Positions 39,103 to 45,831 of a stretch of 45,831 bases of DNA are shown here, piece by piece; within the stretch, counting starts at the first letter, position 1, and the number at the start of each line of letters is the position of its first letter. The notes under the pieces are model-generated. The model was not told the DNA's origin and did no database searches. It saw only the letters and a list, made by a program, of their open reading frames with translations. Source of the DNA: Thiobacillus sp. UBA2186 (GTDB lineage Bacteria; Pseudomonadota; Gammaproteobacteria; Burkholderiales; Thiobacillaceae); NCBI GenBank assembly GCA_002327405.1, contig DCVO01000141.1, forward strand, positions 1 through 45,831. Direction: 5' to 3'. The translations under genes were made by a program, and so were the position numbers.

Positions 39103-41352
39103 GTGTCCAGGGTTGAGCAAGCGGCATCCGCTCCGGCATTCCGTACGGCAAGTCTGCGCGCCAGGCTCATATGGCTCGGCATTTTCACCCTGCTGCCGGC
39201 ATTCGGGTTCATCGTCTATTCCACCCTCGAACAGCGCCAGCAGGCAATGGAGCAGGCGAAAAAAGAGGCTTCTCGCCTGCTGCAGTTCGCTGCGCTGGAA
39301 CAGCAGCAATTGGTTGCCGGCACACAGCAACAGCTGGTCACCCTGGCGCAACTGCCCATCGTTCGCGAACAGGCACTGGCCGGCAGATGCAACAACACTT
39401 TCGCCAAACTGCGCCAACAGCATGGCCATTATGGCAATCTCGGCGTCATCGGGCGCGATGGATGGCTGCGCTGCAGCGCCGTTCCGTCCCCTAGCCCAAT
39501 TTACCTGGGTGACCGCGATTATTTCCGCGCCGCACTCTCCGGCCAGATTTTTTCCGTCAGCGACTATCAGATCGGCCGCGTCATCAATAAAAGCGTGATC
39601 GTCTTCGCACGGCCGGTATTCGACGAAAAAGGCGGAATACAGAACGTGGTGTTCATCTCGGTGGATATTCCGGGCTGGTTCAAGGACATGGTTGCGCACA
39701 CACCGCTGCCGAAGGACGCGTCGCTGATGCTCGTCAACGAGCATGGAACGATCTTCGCGCGCCACCCAAATCCGGAAATCTGGATGGGGAAAACCCTGCC
39801 CGACTCGCCCATCATCAAGGCCGTTCTGGCGCAACCGGGAGCGGACAGCCTGGACGAAATCGGTCTCGACGGCGTGCGGCGGCTGCATGTTTTCGCGCCA
39901 ATCAAGACATCGGCCAGCGGTCACGCCTACCTGGTCAGCGGCATTCCGACGGCGGAACTTTTCACCGACGTGAACCGTAACTTCCTGGCTGCACTCACCG
40001 GCATCTCGCTGATTGCGGTCCTTGTCACTGCCATCGCCTGGTTTGGCGGCTCCCGATTTATCCTGTCGCCCCTTCAAGCGCTGACCGACGCCGCAAAAAG
40101 ACTCGGCGCCGGCGACCTCAAGGCGCGCACGGGCTTGCCGCATTCCGGCAACGAGCTTGGCGGCCTGGCCCAGGCTTTCGATACCATGGCCGACACCCTG
40201 GAACAGCGCGACGCTCAGCTGCGCACGAGCGAAATGCGCCTGGCCAATATCGTCAACAATGCCGGCGATGCCATTATCAGCGTCGACGATGATCAGCGCA
40301 TCGTCGCCTACAACCGGACAGCCGAGCAGATATTCGGCCATGCGCCGACGTCGGTGCTTGGCCAGCCTCTCGACATGCTGCTGCCTCCCGCCGCCCTGTC
40401 GGCGCATCGCGGCCATGTTCGCGCCTTTGGCCGGGAAGCCGGGACGACGCGCGTGATGGGCGCCGGCCGCGAAGTATTCGGCCGCCGTGCCGACGGCACC
40501 CTGTTTCCTGCGGAAGTCAGCATCTCCAAAGTCGCCGAAGGCAGCCGCAGCCTGTTCACCGCCATTCTGCGCGATGTCACCGAGCGCTACCGCGCCGAGG
40601 AAGAAATCCGCCGCCTGAACGAGGAACTGGAACGCAAGGTCGTTGAACGCACCGCGCAACTCGAAACCGCGAACAGGGAACTGGAGGCTTTCAGCTACTC
40701 GGTATCGCATGATTTGCGCGCGCCGCTGCGCGCCATCGACGGATTCAGCCAGGCGCTGCTGGAAGACTATGAAGCGAACGTCGACGATCAGGGCAGGCAT
40801 TATCTGCAGCGGGTACGGGCCGCGACCCAGCGCATGGGCGAGCTGATCGACGACCTGCTGCAGCTTTCGCGCGTGAGCCGTGCGGAAATGCGCCATGCGA
40901 TAGTGGACATGAGCGCGCTGGCCGAATCCGCCATCGAGGAACTGCGGCGCGCCGATCCTGAGCGCCAGGTAAAGACCGACATACAGCCGGGGCTGGAAGC
41001 CAGGGGCGACCCGAACCTGCTGCGCATCGTGCTGGTAAACCTGCTGTCCAATGCCTGGAAATTCACCTCCCGGCAGCCGTCGGCTCGCATCGAATTCGGG
41101 CTTGGCGGCAACGACGGCGAGCGCACCTTCTTCGTGCGCGACAACGGCGCCGGTTTCGACATGCAGTACGCGGGCAAGCTGTTTGGCGCCTTCCAGCGGC
41201 TGCACTCGCCGAGCGAATTCCCCGGCACCGGCATCGGGCTGGCCACGGTGCAGCGCATCGTCCACCGCCACGGCGGCCATGTCCGCGCCGAGGGCGCTGT
41301 CGGACAGGGAGCCGCTTTCTATTTCACGCTGCCATTCGGCACCGACATTTGA
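39103..41352 (+). CDS. Cache-HAMP-PAS sensor histidine kinase
   Basis: Two TMs, DRDYF Cache motif, [42 protein letters not shown]. Confidence 0.92.
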   Translation: MSRVEQAASAPAFRTASLRARLIWLGIFTLLPAFGFIVYSTLEQRQQAMEQAKKEASRLLQFAALEQQQLVAGTQQQLVTLAQLPIVREQALAGRCNNTFAKLRQQHGHYGNLGVIGRDGWLRCSAVPSPSPIYLGDRDYFRAALSGQIFSVSDYQIGRVINKSVIVFARPVFDEKGGIQNVVFISVDIPGWFKDMVAHTPLPKDASLMLVNEHGTIFARHPNPEIWMGKTLPDSPIIKAVLAQPGADSLDEIGLDGVRRLHVFAPIKTSASGHAYLVSGIPTAELFTDVNRNFLAALTGISLIAVLVTAIAWFGGSRFILSPLQALTDAAKRLGAGDLKARTGLPHSGNELGGLAQAFDTMADTLEQRDAQLRTSEMRLANIVNNAGDAIISVDDDQRIVAYNRTAEQIFGHAPTSVLGQPLDMLLPPAALSAHRGHVRAFGREAGTTRVMGAGREVFGRRADGTLFPAEVSISKVAEGSRSLFTAILRDVTERYRAEEEIRRLNEELERKVVERTAQLETANRELEAFSYSVSHDLRAPLRAIDGFSQALLEDYEANVDDQGRHYLQRVRAATQRMGELIDDLLQLSRVSRAEMRHAIVDMSALAESAIEELRRADPERQVKTDIQPGLEARGDPNLLRIVLVNLLSNAWKFTSRQPSARIEFGLGGNDGERTFFVRDNGAGFDMQYAGKLFGAFQRLHSPSEFPGTGIGLATVQRIVHRHGGHVRAEGAVGQGAAFYFTLPFGTDI

Positions 41353-41361
41353 GGAGGCAAC

Positions 41362-41814
41362 ATGAAAAACAAAACCATCCTGCTGGTCGAGGACAATCCT
41401 GACGATGAAGCGCTGACACTGCGCGCGCTGAGCAAGAACAACATCATGAACGAAGTGATGGTGGCGCACGACGGCGCCGAGGCGCTCGACTACCTCCTTT
41501 GCCGCAATGCGCACGCCGGCCGCGATCCGGAAAGGCAGCCCGCGCTCATTCTCCTCGACCTCAAGCTGCCCAAGGTGGACGGCCTCGACGTGCTCAGGGA
41601 AATCCGCGCCAACCCGTCCACGCAGTTGCTGCGCGTGGTGATCCTGACTTCCTCCAAGGAAGAGCAGGATCTCATCAAGGGCTACCGCCTGGGCGCCAAC
41701 AGCTACATCCGCAAGCCGGTGGATTTCGGCCAGTTCATGGAGGCCGTCAGGCAGCTCGGCTTGTACTGGCTGGTGCTGAACGAAGCCCCGCCCTCCGCCG
41801 GGGAGCCGGTATGA
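41362..41814 (+). CDS. Single-domain response regulator (Rcp1-like)
   Basis: LLVEDNPDD, LLDLKLPKVDG, GANSYIRKP, LGLYWL. Confidence 0.92.
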   Translation: MKNKTILLVEDNPDDEALTLRALSKNNIMNEVMVAHDGAEALDYLLCRNAHAGRDPERQPALILLDLKLPKVDGLDVLREIRANPSTQLLRVVILTSSKEEQDLIKGYRLGANSYIRKPVDFGQFMEAVRQLGLYWLVLNEAPPSAGEPV

Positions 41815-43529
41815 GCAAACCGCTGCGTGCGCTCGTCATCGAGGACTCCGAGGATGACACCGAACTGCTGCTGCAAGAACTCCAGCGCGGCGGCTATGTT
41901 CCGGACCACGCCCGTGTCGAAACGCCCGAGGCGATGAGCAGCGAACTGAAGGCGCGGGCCTGGGATATCGTGTTCTCCGACTTCACCATGCCCAATTTCA
42001 ATGCTTTCGACGCGCTGTCCCTGTTGCGCAGCACCGGCATCGACATTCCCTTCATCATCGTTTCCGGAACCATCGGCGAGGACCGCGCCGTCACCGCCAT
42101 GAAATCGGGCGCGCACGACTACATCCTGAAGGGCAATCTCAAGCGCCTGATCCCGGCGGTGGAACGCGAACTGAGGGAGGCGCGCGTGCGCCAGGAAAGG
42201 CGAGAAGGGGAGGAAACCATCCGCCGCCTGGCTTATCAGGACCCCGTCACCACCCTTCCCAACCGGGCCCGTTTTCGCGAACTGATTCAGGAAGCTGTCG
42301 AAAAAGCCGCGCGCGACAGCCATTCGGTGGGCCTGCTGCTGATGAACCTCGACCGCTTCCGGGAGGTCAACGACACGCTGGGACACGGCCTGGGCGACCA
42401 GCTTCTGCAACAGGTCGGGCTGCGCCTGCGCAGCGCGCTGTTCACACCCGATATCGTCGCGCGCCTTGGCGGCGACGAGTTCGGCATCCTGCTGCCTCAC
42501 CTGTCTGCAGTAGAGAATGTGGAACACGTCATCAAGAAACTCCAGGAGTTCCTGCAGGCGCCGTTCATGATCGGCGGGATCCCGATCGCGGTGGAAGCCA
42601 GTATCGGCGTGGCGCTGATCCCCGAGCATGCGGACGACGCGGATACCCTGCTGCAGCGCGCCGATATCGCCATGTACCGCGCCAAGCAGATGGCGTCCGG
42701 CTACGCCCTGTATACGCAGGAATACGATTCCTACAGCCCGGAGCGGCTCGGACTCATGGCGGAATTGCGCGATGCCATCGGGCACGGCCAGTTGCTGCTC
42801 CATTTCCAGCCGAAAGTGGAGGTGAAAACCGGACAAATCGTCGGCAACGAGGCGCTGGTGCGCTGGCAGCACCCTCGCCATGGGCTGCTCATGCCCGACC
42901 AATTCATCACCACTGCGGAGCGCACCGGACTCATGGAACCCCTCACCGACTGGGTGCTGAACGATGCGCTGAACCACTGCATGGCCGCCCGCCGGGAAGG
43001 CATTCGCCTGGGCATCAGCGTGAACCTGTCAGCCCGTTCCCTGCACAGCCCGCATCTGGCGGAAATCGTCGAGCGTGCGCTCACGGCCGCTACTGCCGAC
43101 CCCAGGAACCTGACGCTGGAAATTACCGAAAGCGCCATCATGCTGGATCCCGCGGGCGCGGAAAAAACACTCGCCATCCTGAACGGGATGGGCATCCGGC
43201 TCTCCATCGACGATTTCGGCACCGGCTATACCTCGCTCGCCAGCATCAAGCGCTTGCCCGTCGACGAAATAAAAATCGACAAATCCTTCGTTTCCGGCAT
43301 GCTGGACGATCAGCGCGATGCCATGGTCGTCCGCTCGGTCATCGAGCTCGGGCACAACCTCGGCCACACGGTGGTAGCCGAGGGCGTTGAAAACCGGGAA
43401 ATGTACGAATTCCTCGCATCCATGGGCTGCGACGAAGCACAAGGCTACTTCATCAGCCGACCGCAAGCCTGCGAACCGCTGAAGGACTGGTTTGCGGTTT
43501 CCCCATGGAAAATCGATGCGCCTGCCTGA
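41811..43529 (+). CDS. REC-GGDEF-EAL c-di-GMP enzyme
   Basis: IEDSEDD receiver; RLGGDEF; EALVRW, LEITES, IDDFGTGY, KIDKSF, VAEGVE, QGY. Confidence 0.92.
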   Translation: MSKPLRALVIEDSEDDTELLLQELQRGGYVPDHARVETPEAMSSELKARAWDIVFSDFTMPNFNAFDALSLLRSTGIDIPFIIVSGTIGEDRAVTAMKSGAHDYILKGNLKRLIPAVERELREARVRQERREGEETIRRLAYQDPVTTLPNRARFRELIQEAVEKAARDSHSVGLLLMNLDRFREVNDTLGHGLGDQLLQQVGLRLRSALFTPDIVARLGGDEFGILLPHLSAVENVEHVIKKLQEFLQAPFMIGGIPIAVEASIGVALIPEHADDADTLLQRADIAMYRAKQMASGYALYTQEYDSYSPERLGLMAELRDAIGHGQLLLHFQPKVEVKTGQIVGNEALVRWQHPRHGLLMPDQFITTAERTGLMEPLTDWVLNDALNHCMAARREGIRLGISVNLSARSLHSPHLAEIVERALTAATADPRNLTLEITESAIMLDPAGAEKTLAILNGMGIRLSIDDFGTGYTSLASIKRLPVDEIKIDKSFVSGMLDDQRDAMVVRSVIELGHNLGHTVVAEGVENREMYEFLASMGCDEAQGYFISRPQACEPLKDWFAVSPWKIDAPA

Positions 43530-43656
43530 GCCATACATGCGCCGCGGGAATGCGGGGGAACCGCTGCCGCATGGCACCGGCCCGCGATCGGTCTGAAATC
43601 GACGATGTGCGCAGGCTGCCGTTGCAGGCGGCCGGCATCCATCGGGAACCGGGCAC

Positions 43657-43878
43657 TTAAGGCCGGCTGCGACTCATCCGGACAAGCTTCGCCGCCAGCA
43701 AGGCCGCCGGCAGCAAATGCCAGAACACATCGAAAACATCGATCGGCCTTTTCAGCGTGCCCTCGGACAGCATGCGCATTTTCTCGACCAGATGCGGCTC
43801 GGGCGCGAAGGGCGCACCCAGCATGAAAAGGCTCAGAACGACCAGCAGCCAGAGCGGGAAGCGGTCGATGAACCGCAT
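43657..43878 (-). CDS. Small membrane protein
   Basis: 73 aa, two hydrophobic stretches, APFAPEPHLVEK; start overlaps the stop of the upstream gene. Confidence 0.75.
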   Translation of the reverse strand: MRFIDRFPLWLLVVLSLFMLGAPFAPEPHLVEKMRMLSEGTLKRPIDVFDVFWHLLPAALLAAKLVRMSRSRP

Positions 43879-44984
43879 CAGGCGAGAAACTTCGCTTTTG
43901 CCGCGCCGCCATCCAGCGCCTTTTTCGCCATTTCCGCGGCGGCGGCGAAGCTGCCTGCCTTTTTCAGGCCGTGCAGCATGATGGCCGCCCCCAGCACCAG
44001 GCTGTCGTAGCCGGCGCCTTTCTGCCCGCCGAGCGCAGCCAGGCCGGCTTCGGCGGCCTGGACGGAAACCTTGGCTGCGTCGAAGGCTTCGACGTGCGAC
44101 TCGAGTTCGCTCGCGTCATCCATGCCGGGGATCAGCGGCGCGCGCACTTCCTGCTCGATGCCGAGTTCCCTGGGCTTGATTTCGACCAGTTGTTCTTCGC
44201 CCTTGTCGTGCACCACGAACATGCGCGAGTCCTGGCGCAGCGAGGGGATCACGCCGCCTTCGGTGCCGCGGATGACGAGGCTGTGGTCGAAGCCGGCGTG
44301 GCGCGCCAGCAGCGCGTACACGCGGGGATAGGGCTTGTGCACGTAGCCGGTGATGAAGTGGGTCTTCTTCGCGCCTTTGACCGGTGCCAGCAGCACCTCG
44401 ACCGTGGTCAGGGTTGGCCGCTTGACGATGGTGGTGCGCAGGCCGGTGAGGTCGTAGAGCCTGGGCGCGAAGCGGCTCTGGTCGACATAGGCCCAGCCGG
44501 CGCCGCTCATGCGCGCGGCCGCTTCGGCCGGGGTGAGGTCGGTGTTGATGCCGGCGGCGCGCAGGATCTGCTTGTGGGTGGCGCCGTATTTCGGCCCCAT
44601 GCTTTCCACGCCGGTGGCAACCGTGGGCAGGCCGCAGGCCGCCAGCAGCGCGGGCAGGAAGGGCGCGGCGGAGAGGCTGCGGTTGTAGCCGTCGTACGGG
44701 TCGGCGAGGATGGCGACTTCGTCGGTGTCCGCGGTGGCGCTGATTTCGATTTCGCGGATGGCGTCGAGCACGCCGATGTATTCGTCGTCGCTTTCGCGCT
44801 TCATGCGCAGGGCGATGAAGAAAACGCCGGCCTGGATGGGGTCGGCCTGGTTGTTGAGAATCGCGCGCATGGCGTCGCGCGCTTCCTCCCTGGAAATGTC
44901 CTTGGAGTATTCCGGGCCGGTGGCGATGCGGGCGATGACCGAACGCATCAGGGTTTTGGGGTCGAGTGCGGTTGCTGTGCTCAT
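43878..44984 (-). CDS. TrpD/YbiB-like glycosyltransferase family 3 protein
   Basis: IATGPEYSKDIS, FFIALRMKRES, DPYDGYNR, GYVHKPY, RGTEG. Confidence 0.82.
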   Translation of the reverse strand: MSTATALDPKTLMRSVIARIATGPEYSKDISREEARDAMRAILNNQADPIQAGVFFIALRMKRESDDEYIGVLDAIREIEISATADTDEVAILADPYDGYNRSLSAAPFLPALLAACGLPTVATGVESMGPKYGATHKQILRAAGINTDLTPAEAAARMSGAGWAYVDQSRFAPRLYDLTGLRTTIVKRPTLTTVEVLLAPVKGAKKTHFITGYVHKPYPRVYALLARHAGFDHSLVIRGTEGGVIPSLRQDSRMFVVHDKGEEQLVEIKPRELGIEQEVRAPLIPGMDDASELESHVEAFDAAKVSVQAAEAGLAALGGQKGAGYDSLVLGAAIMLHGLKKAGSFAAAAEMAKKALDGGAAKAKFLA

Positions 44985-44995
44985 GTTAGTCAGGG

Positions 44996-45313
44996 TTAAA
45001 GTTCGAATCCAATGTAAACCTTATCGTTTTCCAGCTTCACGGGGAATACCCTGATCGGGCTATCCGCCGGCTCGTCGGTGGGCTCGCCGGTGCGCAGGGA
45101 GAAATGGCTGCCATGGTAGGAGCACTTGATGCGGTCGCCCTTGATGCAGCCGAGCGACAGCGGCACATCCTCGTGGCTGCAACGGTCGACGCAGCAAAAC
45201 ACCTCGCTGTTGACACGGGTCAGGATGAGCGGCTCGCCTTTCAGCTTCAGCTTGTAAATGCCGCCTTCCGGAATGTCGGAAAGGCTGGCGGCTTCGATGT
45301 ATTCAACAGACAT
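44996..45313 (-). CDS. Rieske-type ferredoxin
   Basis: CSH...CSYH Rieske ligands; FSLRTG. Confidence 0.9.
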   Translation of the reverse strand: MSVEYIEAASLSDIPEGGIYKLKLKGEPLILTRVNSEVFCCVDRCSHEDVPLSLGCIKGDRIKCSYHGSHFSLRTGEPTDEPADSPIRVFPVKLENDKVYIGFEL

Positions 45314-45328
45314 TGACAACCCCATAAA

Positions 45329-45394
45329 CTGGATTGCTTCCTCGGCTTCGCCTCCTCGCAATGACGTCATTGCGAACGAAGCGCGGCAATCCAG
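45329..45394. repeat. Head-to-head REP-like pair (GGATTGC...TCGCAATGAC / GTCATTGCGA...GCAATCC)
   Basis: Perfect 20-bp palindrome 45356-45375 plus outer CTGGATTGC/GCAATCCAG. Confidence 0.7.
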
Positions 45395-45403
45395 AAGAAA
45401 TGA

Positions 45404-45831
45404 TTACTGCGCAGCCTCGGCCTCCGGCTCGTCCGGACTCCGGCTGTCCTCCGCCTTCCTGGCCTCGTCCAGATGCGCCTGGATGGCGTGCACCAGCGGC
45501 TGGCAGCCCTCGCCCTTGATCGCGGAAATCACGAACACGGGTCCGCCCCAGCCGTAGTCGCGGATGAAATCCTTGATCACGCTTTCCTTGTTCTCATCCG
45601 GCACCAGGTCGAGCTTGTTCAGCACCAGCCAGCGCGGCTTGTTGTAGAGCGACTCGTCGTACTTGCGCAGCTCCTCGACGATGGCGCGCGCGTCCTTCAC
45701 CGGATCGGCGCCTTCCCAGTTCGGCGAAATGTCCACCAGATGCAGCAGCAGCCGCGTGCGCGCCAGGTGGCGAAGGAACTGGTGTCCGAGGCCGGCGCCT
45801 TCGGCCGCGCCTTCGATCAGGCCCGGAATGT
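45404..45831 (-). CDS. obgE: GTPase ObgE, 5' part outside window
   Basis: [41 protein letters not shown]. Confidence 0.95.
   Translation of the reverse strand, partial: IPGLIEGAAEGAGLGHQFLRHLARTRLLLHLVDISPNWEGADPVKDARAIVEELRKYDESLYNKPRWLVLNKLDLVPDENKESVIKDFIRDYGWGGPVFVISAIKGEGCQPLVHAIQAHLDEARKAEDSRSPDEPEAEAAQ

Noticed and set aside
38752-41514. 920-aa minus-strand ORF and other long antisense ORFs (1345-2772, 12356-13711, 20332-21699, 41703-42977)
   Set aside because: Shadow frames of well-supported GC-rich genes on the other strand
45314-45370. N-terminal extension of the Rieske ferredoxin ORF
   Set aside because: Derived from the REP-like repeat; likely start is 45313

Overview
GC-rich bacterial window; the gene set resembles a betaproteobacterial chemolithotroph (inference only). 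1-16570: complete MSHA-type type IVa pilus cluster, with the E-G-pilins-Q block placed before the I-J-K-L-M-N block. 16852-21993: YkgJ-like protein, DUF4124-like protein and an orphan CbbQ/NirQ-type AAA+ plus CbbO/NorD-type VWA pair. About 22000-39045: defence island with a DUF433/PIN-like toxin-antitoxin pair (toxin frameshifted), a WYL regulator, and a divergent type I-C-like CRISPR-Cas system ordered cas5-cas8(+internal cas11)-cas7-cas3-[antisense RelE/ParE TA]-cas4-cas1-cas2. The array has 82 full 37-bp repeats, 82 spacers and one truncated terminal repeat (counted by hand). 39103-45831: sensor kinase/RR/RR-GGDEF-EAL operon, then a small membrane protein, TrpD-like protein, Rieske ferredoxin and partial obgE on the minus strand. 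The most striking unexplained structure is a family of inverted-repeat elements with 9-bp periodic arms. One copy encloses a GxxExxY (PD-(D/E)XK-like) nuclease gene, and five short gene-less copies sit just after stop codons; one is in frame with mshK and one carries a nested element. This suggests a REPIN/MITE-like mobile system served by GxxExxY. All family assignments come from motif recognition; no database searches were run.
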